Source: Eledone cirrhosa (lineage: Eukaryota). Taken from it: a stretch of 64,000 nucleotides of DNA. The notes under the pieces were generated by a model. That model did not search any database and was not told the DNA's origin. It saw nothing but the letters and a program-made list of their open reading frames with translations. The stretch spans positions 334,118,001 to 334,182,000 of the forward strand of contig OZ024742.1 of assembly GCA_964016885.1 (NCBI GenBank), written 5' to 3'. The translations under genes and the position numbers were made by a program. This document shows positions 40,701-55,700 of the stretch, piece by piece (the stretch's first letter is position 1; each line of letters starts with the position of its first letter).

Positions 40701-43700
40701 TCTCCACTGCTGCTGTAACTACTACTAGTACTGTCTCCACTGCTGCTGTAACTACTACTAGTTCTGTCTCTACTGCTGCTGTAACTACTACTAGTACTGT
40801 CTCTGCTGCTGCTGTAACTACTACTAGTTCTTTCTCTGCTGCTGCTGTAACTACTACTAGTACTGTCTCTGCTGCTGCTGTAACTACTACTAGTTCTTTC
40901 TCTGCTGCTGCTGTAACTACTACTAGTACTGTCTCTGCTGCTGCTGTAACTACTACTAGTACTGTCTCTGCTGCTGCTGTAACTACTACTAGTACTGTCT
41001 CTACTGCTGCTGTAACTACTACTAGTACTGTCTCTGCTGCTGCTGTAACTACTACTAGTTCTGTCTCTACTGCTGCTGTAACTACTACTAGTACTGTCTC
41101 TACTGCTGCTGTAACTACTACTAGTACTGTCTCTACTGCTGCTGTAACTACTACTAGTTCTGTCTCTACTGCTGCTGTAACTACTACTAGTACTGTCTCC
41201 ACTGCTGCTGTAACTACTACTAGTTCTGTCTCTACTGCTGCTGTAACTACTACTATTAGTACTGTCTCTACTGCTGCTGTAACTACTACTAGTACTGTCT
41301 CTACTGCTGTTGTAACTACTACTAGTTCTGTCTCTACTGCTGCTGTAACTACTACTAGTACTGTCTCTACTGCTGCTGTAACTACTACTAGTACTGTCTC
41401 TACTGCTGCTGTAACTACTACTAGTACTGTCTCTACTGCTGCTGTAACTACTACTAGTACTGTCTCTACTGCTGTTGTAACTACTACTAGTTCTGTCTCT
41501 ACTGCTGCTGTAACTACTACTAGTACTGTCTCTACTGCTGCTGTAACTACTACTAGTTCTGTCTCTACTGCTGCTGTAACTACTACTAGTACTGTCTCCA
41601 CTGCTGCTGTAACTACTACTAGTTCTGTCTCTACTGCTGCTGTAACTACTACTAGTACTGTCTCTACTGCTACTGTAACTACTACTACTACTGTCTCTAC
41701 TGCTGCTGTAACTACTACTAGTATTGTCTCTACTGCTGCTGTAACTACTACTAGTACTGTCTCTACTGCTGCTGTAGCTACTACTAGTACTGTCTCTACT
41801 GCTGCTGTAGCTACTACTACTACTGTCTCTACTGCTGCTGTAACTACTACTAGTATTGTCTCTACTGCTGCTGTAACTACTACTAGTAATGTCTCCACTG
41901 CTGCTGTAACTACTACTAGTACTGTCTCTACTGCTGCTGTAACTACTACTAGTACTGTCTCTACTGCTGCTGTAGCTACTACTAGTACTGTCTCTACTGC
42001 TGCTGTAACTACTACTACTACTGTCTCTACTGCTGCTGTAACTACTACTAGTATTGTCTCTACTGCTGCTGTAACTACTACTAGTAATGTCTCCACTGCT
42101 GCTGTAACTACTACTAGTACTGGGTCTGCTGCTGCTGTAACTACTACTAGTACTGTATCTACTGCTGCTGCTGTAACTACTACTAGTACTGTCTCTACTG
42201 CTGCTGCTGTAACTACTACTAGTACTGTCTCTACTGCTGCTGCTGTAACTACTACTAGTTCTGTCTCTACTGCTGCTGTAACTACTACTAGTACTGTCTC
42301 TACTGCTGCTGTAACTACTACTAGTACTGTCTCTACTGCTGCTGTAACTACTACTAGTTCTGTCTCTACTGCTGCTGTAACTACTACTAGTACTGTCTCT
42401 ACTGCTGCTGTAACTACTACTAGTACTGTCTCCACTGCTGCTGTAGCTACTACTAGTACTGTCTCTACTGCTGCTGTAACTACTACTAGTACTGTCTCTA
42501 CTGCTGCTGTAACTACTACTAGTACTGTCTCTGCTGCTGCTGTAACTACTACTACTAGTACTGTCTCTACTGCTGCTGTAACTACTACTAGTACTGTCTC
42601 TGCTGCTGCTGTAACTACTACTAGTACTGTCTCTACTGCTGCTGTAACTACTACTAGTACTGTCTCTACTGCTGCTGTAACTACTACTAGTACTGTCTCT
42701 ACTGCTGCTGTAACTACTACTAGTACTGTCTCTACTGCTGCTGTAACTACTACTAGTACTGTCTCTACTGCTGCTGTAACTACTACTAGTTCTGTCTCTA
42801 CTGCTGCTGTAACTACTACTAGTACTGTCTCTACTGCTGCTGTAACTACTACTAGTACTGTCTCTACTGCTGCTGTAACTACTACTAGTACTGTCTCCAC
42901 TGCTGCTGTAACTACTACTAGCACTGTCTCTACTGCTGCTGTAACTACTACTAGTACTGTCTCTACTGCTGCTGTAACTACTACTAGTACTGTCTCTACT
43001 GCTGCTGTAACTACTACTACTAGTACTGTCTCTACTGCTGCTGTAACTACTACTAGTACTGTCTCTACTGCTGCTGTAACTACTACTAGTACTGTCTCTA
43101 CTGCTGCTGTAACTACTACTAGTACTGTCTCTACTGCTGCTGTAACTACTACTAGTACTGTCTCTACTGCTGCTGTAACTACTACTACTAGTACTGTCTC
43201 TACTGCTGCTGTAACTACTACTAGTACTGTCTCTACTGCTGCTGTAACTACTACTACTAGTACTGTCTCTGCTGCTGCTGTAACTACTACTAGTACTGTC
43301 TCTACTGCTGCTGTAACTACTACTAGTACTGTCTCTACTGCTGCTGTAACTACTACTAGTACTGTCTCTACTGCTGCTGTAACTACTACTAGTACTGTCT
43401 CTACTGCTGCTGTAACTACTACTAGTTCTGTCTCTACTGCTGCTGTAACTACTACTAGTACTGTCTCTACTGCTGCTGTAACTACTACTAGTTCTGTCTC
43501 TACTGCTGCTGTAACTACTACTAGTACTGTCTCTACTGCTGCTGTAACTACTACTAGTTCTGTCTCTACTGCTGCTGTAACTACTACTAGTACTGTCTCT
43601 ACTGCTGCTGTAACTACTACTAGTTCTGTCTCTACTGCTGCTGTAACTACTACTAGTACTGTCTCCACTGCTGCTGTAACTACTACTAGTACTGTCTCTA

Positions 43701-46700
43701 CTGCTGCTGTAACTACTACTAGTACTGTCTCTACTGCTGCTGTAACTACTACTAGTACTGTCTCTGCTGCTGCTGTAACTACTACTAGTTCTGTCTCTAC
43801 TGCTGCTGTAACTACTATTAGTTCTGTCTCTGCTGCTGCTGTAACTACTACTAGTACTGTCTCTACTGCTGCTGTAACTACTACTAGTTCTGTCTCTACT
43901 GCTGCTGTAACTACTACTAGTAATGTCTCTACTGCTGCTGTAACTACTACTAGTTCTGTCTCTACTGCTGCTGTAACTACTATTAGTTCTGTCTCTGCTG
44001 CTGCTGTAACTACTACTAGTACTGTCTCTACTGCTGCTGTAACTACTACTAGTACTGTCTCTGCTGCTGCTGTAACTACTACTAATACTGTCTCTACTGC
44101 TGCTGTAACTACTACTAGTTCTGTCTCTACTGCTGCTGTAACTACTACTAGTACTGTCTCTACTGCTGCTGTAACTACTACTAGTACTGTCTCTACTGCT
44201 GCTGTAACTACTACTAGTTATGTCTCTGCTGCTGCTGTAACTACTACTAGTACTGTCTCTACTGCTGCTGTAAATACTACTAGTACTGTCTCTACTGCTG
44301 CTGTAACTACTACTAGTATTGTCTCTACTGCTGCTGTAATTACTACTAGTACTGTCTCTACTGCTGCTGTAACTACTACTAGTACTGTCTCTACTGCTGC
44401 TGTAACTACTACTAATACTGTCTCTACTGCTGCTGTAACTACTACTAGTACTGTCTCTACTGCTGCTGTAACTACTACTAGTACTGTCTCCACTGCTGCT
44501 GTAACTACTACTAGTACTGTCTCTACTGCTGCTGTAACTACTACTAGTACTGTCTCTACTGCTGCTGTAACTACTACTAGTACTGTCTCTACTGCTGCTG
44601 TAACTACTACTAGTACTGTCTCTGCTGCTGCTGTAACTACTACTACTACTGTCTCTACTGCTGCTGTAATTACTACTAGTACTGTCTCTACTGCTGCTGT
44701 AACTACTACTAGTACTGTCTCTACTGCTGCTGTAACTACTACTAGTACTGTCTCTACTGCTGCTGTAACTACTACTAGTTCTGTCTCTACTGCTGCTGTA
44801 ACTACTACTAGTACTGTCTCTACTGCTGCTGTAACTACTACTAGTAATGTCTCTACTGCTGCTGTAACTACTACTAGTACTGTCTCTACTGCTGCTGCTG
44901 TAGCTACTACTAGTACTGTCTCTACTGCTGCTGTAACTACTACTAGTTCTGTCTCTGCTGCTGCTGTTACTACTACTAGTTCTGTCTCTACTGCTGCTGT
45001 AACTACTACTAGTAATGTCTCTACTGCTGCTGTAACTACTACTAGTACTGTCTCCACTGCTGCTGTAACTACTACTAGTACTGTCTCTACTGCTGCTGTA
45101 ACTACTACTAGTACTGTCTCTACTGCTGCTGTAACTACTACTAGTTCTGTCTCTACTGCTGCTGTAACTACTACTAGTTCTGTCTCTACTGCTGCTGTAA
45201 CTACTACTAGTACTGTCTCTACTGCTGCTGTAACTACTACTAGTACTGTCTCTACTGCTGCTGTAACTACTACAAGTACTGTCTCTACTGCTGCTGTAAC
45301 TACTACTAGTACTGTCTCTACTGCTGCTGTAACTACTACTAGTACTGTCTCTACTGCTGCTGTAACTACTACTAGTTCTGTCTCTACTGCTGCTGTAACT
45401 ACTACTAGTACTGTCTCTACTGCTGCTGTAAATACTACTAGTACTGTCTCTACTGCTGCTGTAACTACTACTAGTACTGTCTCTACTGCTGCTGTAAATA
45501 CTACTAGTATTGTCTCTACTGCTGCTGTAACTACTACTAGTACTGTCTCTACTGCTGCTGTAACTACTACTAGTAATGTCTCTACTGCTGCTGTAACTAC
45601 TACTAGTACTGTCTCTACTGCTGCTGTAACTACTACTAGTACTGTCTCTACTGCTGCTGCTGTAACTACTACTAGTACTGTCTCTACTGCTGCTGTAACT
45701 ACTACTAGTACTGTCTCTACTGCTGCTGTAACTACTACTAGTACTGTCTCTACTGCTGCTGTAACTACTACTAGTTCTGTCTCTACTGCTGCTGTAACTA
45801 CTACTAGTACTGTCTCTACTACTGCTGTAACTACTACTAGTTCTGTCTCTGCTGCTGCTGTAACTAATACTAGTACTGTCTCTACTGCTGCTGTAAATAC
45901 TACTAGTATTGTCTCTACTGCTGCTGTAACTACTACTAGTACTGTCTCTACTGCTGCTGTAACTACTACTAGTACTGTCTCTACTGCTGCTGTAACTACT
46001 ACTAGTACTGTCTCTACTGCTGCTGTAACTACTACTAGTTCTGTCTCTACTGCTGCTGTAACTACTACTAGTACTGTCTCTACTGCTGCTGTAACTACTA
46101 CTAGTACTGTCTCTACTGCTGCTGTAACTACTACTAGTATTGTCTCTACTGCTGCTGTAACTACTACTAGTACTGTCTCTACTGCTGCTGTAACTACTAC
46201 TAGTACTGTCTCTACTGCTGCTGTAACTACTACTAGTACTGTCTCTACTGCTGCTGTAACTACTACTAGTACTGTCTCTACTGCTGCTGTAACTACTACT
46301 AGTTCTGTCTCTGCTGCTGCTGTAACTACTACTAGTACTGTCTCTACTGCTGCTGTAACTACTACTAGTACTGTCTCTACTGCTGCTGTAACTAATACTA
46401 GTACTGTCTCTACTGCTGCTGTAAATACTACTAGTATTGTCTCTACTGCTGCTGTAACTACTACTAGTACTGTCTCTACTGCTGCTGTAACTACTACTAG
46501 TACTGTCTCTACTGCTGCTGTAACTACTACTAGTACTGTCTCTACTGCTGCTGTAACTACTACTAGTACTGTCTCTACTGCTGCTGTAACTACTACTAGT
46601 TCTGTCTCTGCTGCTGCTGTAACTACTACTAGTACTGTCTCTACTGCTGCTGTATCTACTACTAGTATTGTCTCTACTGCTGCTGTAACTACTACTAGTA

Positions 46701-49700
46701 CTGTCTCTACTGCTGCTGTAACTACTACTAGTACTGTCTCTACTGCTGCTGTAACTACTACTAGTACTGTCTCTACTGCTGCTGTAACTACTACTAGTAC
46801 TGTCTCTACTGCTGCTGTATCTACTACTAGTTCTGTCTCTACTGCTGCTGTAACTACTACTAGTACTGTCTCTACTGCTGCTGTAACTACTACTAGTTCT
46901 GTCTCTACTGCTGCTGTAACTACTACTAGTACTGTCTCTACTGCTGCTGTAACTACTACTAGTTCTGTCTCTACTGCTGCTGTAACTACTACTAGTACTG
47001 TCTCCACTGCTGCTGTAACTACTACTAGTACTGTCTCTACTGCTGCTGTAACTACTACTAGTACTGTCTCTACTGCTGCTGTAACTACTACTAGTACTGT
47101 CTCTGCTGCTGCTGTAACTACTACTAGTTCTGTCTCTACTGCTGCTGTAACTACTATTAGTTCTGTCTCTGCTGCTGCTGTAACTACTACTAGTACTGTC
47201 TCTACTGCTGCTGTAACTACTACTAGTTCTGTCTCTACTGCTGCTGTAACTACTACTAGTAATGTCTCTACTGCTGCTGTAACTACTACTAGTTCTGTCT
47301 CTACTGCTGCTGTAACTACTATTAGTTCTGTCTCTGCTGCTGCTGTAACTACTACTAGTACTGTCTCTACTGCTGCTGTAACTACTACTAGTACTGTCTC
47401 TGCTGCTGCTGTAACTACTACTAATACTGTCTCTACTGCTGCTGTAACTACTACTAGTTCTGTCTCTACTGCTGCTGTAACTACTACTAGTACTGTCTCT
47501 ACTGCTGCTGTAACTACTACTAGTACTGTCTCTACTGCTGCTGTAACTACTACTAGTTATGTCTCTGCTGCTGCTGTAACTACTACTAGTACTGTCTCTA
47601 CTGCTGCTGTAAATACTACTAGTACTGTCTCTACTGCTGCTGTAACTACTACTAGTATTGTCTCTACTGCTGCTGTAATTACTACTAGTACTGTCTCTAC
47701 TGCTGCTGTAACTACTACTAGTACTGTCTCTACTGCTGCTGTAACTACTACTAATACTGTCTCTACTGCTGCTGTAACTACTACTAGTACTGTCTCTACT
47801 GCTGCTGTAACTACTACTAGTACTGTCTCCACTGCTGCTGTAACTACTACTAGTACTGTCTCTACTGCTGCTGTAACTACTACTAGTACTGTCTCTACTG
47901 CTGCTGTAACTACTACTAGTACTGTCTCTACTGCTGCTGTAACTACTACTAGTACTGTCTCTGCTGCTGCTGTAACTACTACTACTACTGTCTCTACTGC
48001 TGCTGTAATTACTACTAGTACTGTCTCTACTGCTGCTGTAACTACTACTAGTACTGTCTCTACTGCTGCTGTAACTACTACTAGTACTGTCTCTACTGCT
48101 GCTGTAACTACTACTAGTTCTGTCTCTACTGCTGCTGTAACTACTACTAGTACTGTCTCTACTGCTGCTGTAACTACTACTAGTAATGTCTCTACTGCTG
48201 CTGTAACTACTACTAGTACTGTCTCTACTGCTGCTGTAACTACTACTAGTTCTGTCTCTACTGCTGCTGTAACTACTACTAGTACTGTCTCTACTGCTGC
48301 TGTAAATACTACTAGTACTGTCTCTACTGCTGCTGTAACTACTACTAGTACTGTCTCTACTGCTGCTGTAAATACTACTAGTATTGTCTCTACTGCTGCT
48401 GTAACTACTACTAGTACTGTCTCTACTGCTGCTGTAACTACTACTAGTAATGTCTCTACTTCTGCTGTAACTACTACTAGTACTGTCTCTACTGCTGCTG
48501 TAACTACTACTAGTACTGTCTCTACTGCTGCTGCTGTAACTACTACTAGTACTGTCTCTACTGCTGCTGTAACTACTACTAGTACTGTCTCTACTGCTGC
48601 TGTAACTACTACTAGTACTGTCTCTACTGCTGCTGTAACTACTACTAGTTCTGTCTCTACTGCTGCTGTAACTACTACTAGTACTGTCTCTACTACTGCT
48701 GTAACTACTACTAGTTCTGTCTCTGCTGCTGCTGTAACTAATACTAGTACTGTCTCTACTGCTGCTGTAAATACTACTAGTATTGTCTCTACTGCTGCTG
48801 TAACTACTACTAGTACTGTCTCTACTGCTGCTGTAACTACTACTAGTACTGTCTCTACTGCTGCTGTAACTACTACTAGTACTGTCTCTACTGCTGCTGT
48901 AACTACTACTAGTTCTGTCTCTACTGCTGCTGTAACTACTACTAGTACTGTCTCTACTGCTGCTGTAACTACTACTAGTACTGTCTCTACTGCTGCTGTA
49001 ACTACTACTAGTATTGTCTCTACTGCTGCTGTAACTACTACTAGTACTGTCTCTACTGCTGCTGTAACTACTACTAGTACTGTCTCTACTGCTGCTGTAA
49101 CTACTACTAGTACTGTCTCTACTGCTGCTGTAACTACTACTAGTACTGTCTCTACTGCTGCTGTAACTACTACTAGTTCTGTCTCTGCTGCTGCTGTAAC
49201 TACTACTAGTACTGTCTCTACTGCTGCTGTAACTACTACTAGTACTGTCTCTACTGCTGCTGTAACTAATACTAGTACTGTCTCTACTGCTGCTGTAAAT
49301 ACTACTAGTATTGTCTCTACTGCTGCTGTAACTACTACTAGTACTGTCTCTACTGCTGCTGTAACTACTACTAGTACTGTCTCTACTGCTGCTGTAACTA
49401 CTACTAGTACTGTCTCTACTGCTGCTGTAACTACTACTAGTACTGTCTCTACTGCTGCTGTAACTACTACTAGTTCTGTCTCTGCTGCTGCTGTAACTAC
49501 TACTAGTACTGTCTCTACTGCTGCTGTATCTACTACTAGTATTGTCTCTACTGCTGCTGTAACTACTACTAGTACTGTCTCTACTGCTGCTGTAACTACT
49601 ACTAGTACTGTCTCTACTGCTGCTGTAACTACTACTAGTACTGTCTCTACTGCTGCTGTAACTACTACTAGTTCTGTCTCTACTGCTGCTGTAACTACTA

Positions 49701-52700
49701 CTAGTACTGTCTCTACTGCTGCTGTAACTACTACTAGTTCTGTCTCTACTGCTGCTGTAACTACTACTAGTACTGTCTCTACTACTGCTGTAACTACTAC
49801 TAGTTCTGTCTCTACTGCTGCTGTAACTACTACTAGTACTGTCTCTACTGCTGCTGTAACTACTACTAGTACTGTCTCTACTGTTGCTGTAACTACTACT
49901 AGTTCTGTCTCTGCTGCTGCTGTAACTACTACTAGTTCTGTCTCTGCTGCTGCTGTAACTAATACTAGTACTGTCTCTACTGCTGCTGTAACTACTACTA
50001 GTTCTGTCTCTGCTGCTGCTGTAACTACTACTAGTAATGTCTCTACTGCTGCTGTAACTACTACTAGTTCTGTCTCTGCTGCTGCTGTAACTACTACTAG
50101 TAATGTCTCTACTGCTGCTGTAACTACTACTAGTAATGTCTCTACTGCTGCTGTAACTACTACTAGTACTGTCTCCACTGCTGCTGTAACTACTACTAGT
50201 ACTGTCTCTACTGCTGCTGTAACTACTACTAGTAATGTCTCTACTGCTGCTGTAAATACTACTAGTAATATCTCTACTGCTGCTGTAACTACTACTAGTA
50301 CTGTCTCTACTGCTGCTGTAACTACTACTAGTACTGTCTCTACTGCTGCTGTAACTACTACTAGTGCTGTCTCTACTGCTGCTGTAACTACTACTAGTAC
50401 TGTCTCTACTGCTGCTGTAACTACTACTAGTTCTGTCTCTGCTGCTGCTGTAACTACTACTAGTTCTGTCTCTACTGCTGCTGTAACTACTACTAGTACT
50501 GTCTCTACTGCTGCTGCTGTAGCTACTACTAGTTCTGTCTCTACTGCTGCTGTAACTACTACTAGTACTGTCTCTACTGCTGCTGTAACTACTACTAGTA
50601 ATGTCTCTACTGCTGCTGTAACTACTACTAGTACTGTCTCCACTGCTGCTGTAACTACTACTAGTACTGTCTCCACTGCTGCTGTAACTACTACTAGTAC
50701 TGTCTCTACTGCTGCTGTAACTACTACTAGTACTGTCTCTACTGCTGCTGTAACTACTACTAGTACTGTCTCTACTGCTGCTGTAACTACTACTAGTACT
50801 GTCTCTACTGCTGCTGCTGTAGCTACTACTAGTTCTGTCTCTACTGCTGCTGTAACTACTACTAGTACTGTCTCTACTGCTGCTGTAACTACTACTAGTA
50901 ATGTCTCTACTGCTGCTGTAACTACTACTAGTACTGTCTCCACTGCTGCTGTAACTACTACTAGTACTGTCTCTACTGCTGCTGTAACTACTACTAGTAC
51001 TGTCTCTACTGCTGCTGTAACTACTACTAGTACTGTCTCTACTGCTGCTGTAACTACTACTAGTACTGTCTCTACTGCTGCTGTAACTACTACTAGTACT
51101 GTCTCTACTGCTGCTGCTGTAGCTACTACTAGTTCTGTCTCTACTGCTGCTGTAACTACTACTAGTACTGTCTCTACTGCTGCTGTAACTACTACTAGTA
51201 ATGTCTCTACTGCTGCTGTAACTACTACTAGTACTGTCTCCACTGCTGCTGTAACTACTACTAGTACTGTCTCTACTGCTGCTGTAACTACTACTAGTAC
51301 TGTCTCTACTGCTGCTGTAACTACTACTAGTACTGTCTCTACTGCTGCTGTAACTACTACTAGTACTGTCTCTACTGCTGCTGTAACTACTACTAGTACG
51401 GTCTCTACTGCTGCTGTAAATACTACTAGTACTGTCTCTACTGCTGCTGTAACTACTACTAGTACTGTCTCTACTGCTGCTGTAACTACTACTAGTACTG
51501 TCTCCACTGCTGCTGTAACTACTACTAGTACTGTCTCTACTGCTGCTGTAACTACTACTAGTACTGTCTCTACTGCTGCTGTAACTACTACTAGTACTGT
51601 CTCTACTGCTGCTGTAACTACTACTAGTACTGTCTCCACTGCTGCTGTAACTACTACTAGTACTGTCTCTACTGCTGCTGTAACTACTACTAGTACTGTC
51701 TCTACTGCTGCTGTAACTACTACTAGTACTGTCTCTACTGCTGCTGTAACTACTACTAGTACTGTCTCTACTGCTGCTGTAACTGCTACTAGTACTGTCT
51801 CTACGGCTGCTGTAACTACTACTAGTACTGTCTCTACTGCTGCTGTAACTACTACTAGTACTGTCTCTACTGCTGCTGTAAATACTACTAGTACTGTCTC
51901 TACTGCTGCTGTAACTACTACTAGTACTGTCTCTACTGCTGCTGTAACTACTACTAGTACTGTCTCTACTGCTGCTGTAAATACTACTAGTACTGTCTCT
52001 ACTGCTGCTGTAACTACTACTAGTACTGTCTCTACTGCTGCTGTAAATACTACTAGTACTGTCTCTGCTGCTGCTGTAACTACTACTAATACTGTCTCTA
52101 CTGCTGCTGTAACTACTACTAGTACTGTCTCTACTGCTGCTGTAAATACTACTAGTTCTGTCTCTACTGCTGCTGTAACTACTACTAGTACTGTCTCTAC
52201 TGCTGCTGTAACTACTACTAGTACTGTCTCTACTGCTGCTGTAACTACTACTAGTATTGTCTCTACTGCTGCTGTAACTACTACTAGTACTGTCTCTACT
52301 GCTGCTGTAACTACTACTAGTACTGTCTCTACTGCTGCTGTAACTACTACTAGTATTGTCTCTACTGCTGCTGTAACTACTACTAGTACTGTCTCTACTG
52401 CTGCTGTAACTACTACTAGTACTGTCTCTACTGCTGCTGTAACTACTACTAGTACTGTCTCTACTGCTGCTGTAACTACTACTAGTACTGTCTCTACTGC
52501 TGCTGTAACTACTACTAGTACTGTCTCTACTGCTGCTGTAACTACTACTAGTACTGTCTCTACTGCTGCTGTAACTACTACTAGTATTGTCTCTACTGCT
52601 GCTGTAATTACTACTAGTACTGTCTCTACTGCTGCTGTAACTACTACTAGTTCTGTCTCTACTGCTGCTGTAACTACTACTAGTACTGTCTCTACTGCTG

Positions 52701-55700
52701 CTGTAACTACTACTAGTACTGTCTCCACTGCTGCTGTAACTACTACTAGTACTGTCTCTACTGCTGCTGTAATTACTACTAGTACTGTCTCTACTGCTGC
52801 TGTAACTACTACTAGTTCTGTCTCTACTGCTGCTGTAACTACTACTAGTACTGTCTCTACTGCTGCTGTAACTACTACTAGTACTGTCTCCACTGCTGCT
52901 GTAACTACTACTAGTACTGTCTCTACTGCTGCTGTAACTACTACTAGTACTGTCTCTACTGCTGCTGTAACTACTACTAGTACTGTCTCTACTGCTGCTG
53001 TAACTACTACTAGTTCTGTCTCTACTGCTGCTGTAACTACTACTAGTACTGTCTCTACTGCTGCTGTAACTACTACTAGTTCTGTCTCTACTGCTGCTGT
53101 AACTACTACTAGTACTGTCTCTACTGCTGCTGTAACTACTACTAGTACTGTCTCTACAGCTGCTGTAACTACTACTAGTACTGTCTCTACTGCTGCTGTA
53201 ACTACTACTAGTACTGTCTCTACTGCTGCTGTAACTACTACTAGTACTGTCTCTACTGCTGCTGTAACTACTACTAGTACTGTCTCTACTGCTGCTGTAA
53301 CTACTACTAGTTCTGTCTCTACTGCTGCTGTAACTACTACTAGTACTGTCTCTACTGCTGCTGTAACTACTACTAGTACTGTCTCTACTGCTGCTGTAAC
53401 TACTACTAGTACTGTCTCTACTGCTGCTGCTGTAACTACTACTAGTACTGTCTCTACTGCTGCTGTAACTACTACTAGTACTGTCTCTACTGCTGCTGTA
53501 ACTACTACTAGTACTGTCTCCACTGCTGCTGTAACTACTACTAGTTCTGTCTCTACTGCTGCTGTAACTACTACTAGTACTGTCTCTACTGCTGCTGTAA
53601 CTACTACTAGTACTGTCTCCACTGCTGCTGTAACTACTACTAGTACTGTCTCCACTGTTGCTGTAACTACTACTAGTACTGTCTCTACTGCTGCTGCAAC
53701 TACTACTAGTTCTGTCTCCACTGCTGCTGTAACTACTACTAGTACTGTCTCCACTGCTGCTGTAACTACTACTAGTACTGTCTCTACTGCTACTGTAACT
53801 ACTACTAGTACTGTCTCCACTGCTGCTGTAACTACTACTAGTAATGTCTCTACTGCTACTGTAACTACTACTAGTACTGTCTCTACTGCTGCTGTAACTA
53901 CTACTAGTACTGTCTCCACTGCTGCTATAACTACTACTAGTACTGTCTCTACTGCTGCTGTAACTACTACTAGTACTGTCTCTGCTGCTGCTGTAACTAC
54001 TACTAGTACTGTCTCTACTGCTGCAGTAACTACTACTAGTACTGTCTCTACTGCTGCTGTAACTACTACTAGTACTGTCTCTACTGCTGCTGTAACTACT
54101 ACTAGTACTGTCTCCACTGCTGCTGTAACTACTACTAGTACTGTCTCTACTGCTGCTGTAACTACTACTAGTACTGTCTCCACTGCTGCTGTAACTACTG
54201 CTAGTACTGTCTCTACTGCTGCTGTAACTACTACTAGTACTGTCTCTGCTGCTGCTGTAACTACTACTAGTACTGTCTCTACTGCTGCAGTAACTACTAC
54301 TAGTACTGTCTCTACTGCTGCTGTAACTACTACTAGTACTGTCTCTACTGCTGCTGTAACTACTACTAGTACTGTCTCCACTGCTGCTGTAACTACTACT
54401 AGTACTGTCTCTACTGCTGCTGTAACTACTACTACTACTGTCTCTACTGCTGCTGTAACTACTACTAGTTCTGTCTCTTCTGCTGCTGTAACTACTACTA
54501 GTACTGTCTCCACTGCTGCTGTAACTACTACTAGTACTGTCTCTACTGCTGCTGTAACTACTACTAGTTCTGTCTCTACTGCTGCTGTAACTACTACTAG
54601 TTCTGTCTCTACTGCTGCTGTAACTACTACTAGTTCTGTCTCTACTGCTGCTGTAACTACTACTAGTTCTGTCTCTACTGCTGCTGTAACTACTACTAGT
54701 TCTGTCTCTTCTGCTGCTGTAACTACTACTAGTACTGTCTCCACTGCTGCTGTAACTACTACTAGTACTGTCTCTACTGCTGCTGTAACTACTACTAGTA
54801 CTGTCTCTACTGCTGCTGTAACTACTACTAGTACTGTCTCTACTGCTGCTGTAACTACTACTAGTACTGTCTCTACTGCTGCTGCTGTAGCTACTACTAG
54901 TTCTGTCTCTACTGCTGCTGTAACTACTACTAGTACTGTCTCTACTGCTGCTGCTGTAACTACTACTAGTACTGTCTCTACTGCTGCTGTAACTACTACT
55001 AGTACTGTCTCTACTGCTGCTGCTGTAGCTACTACTAGTACTGTCTCTGCTGCTGCTGTAACTACTACTAGTTCTGTCTCTACTGCTGCTGTAACTACTA
55101 CTATTAGTACTGTCTCTACTGCTGCTGTAGCTACTACTAGTACTGTCTCTGCTGCTGCTGTAACTACTACTAGTACTGTCTCTACTGCTGCAGTAACTAC
55201 TACTAGTACTGTCTCTACTGCTGCTGTAACTACTACTAGTACTGTCTCTACTGCTGCTGTAACTACTACTAGTACTGTCTCCACTGCTGCTGTAACTACT
55301 ACTAGTACTGTCTCTGCTGCTGCTGTAACTACTACTAGTACTGTCTCTACTGCTGCTGTAACTACTACTAGTACTGTCTCTGCTGCTGCTGTAACTACTA
55401 CTAGTTCTGTCTCTACTGTTGCTGTAACTACTACTAGTACTGTCTCTGCTGCTGCTGTATCTACTACTAGTACTGTCTCTACTGCTGCTGTAACTACTAC
55501 TAGTTCTGTCTCTGCTGCTGCTGTAACTACTACTAGTACTGTCTCCACTGCTGCTGTAACTACTACTAGTACTGTCTCCACTGCTGCTGTAACTACTACT
55601 AGTACTGTCTCTACTGCTGCTGTAACTACTACTAGTTCTGTCTCTGCTGCTGCTGTAACTACTACTAGTACTGCCTCTACTGCTGCTGTAACTACTACTA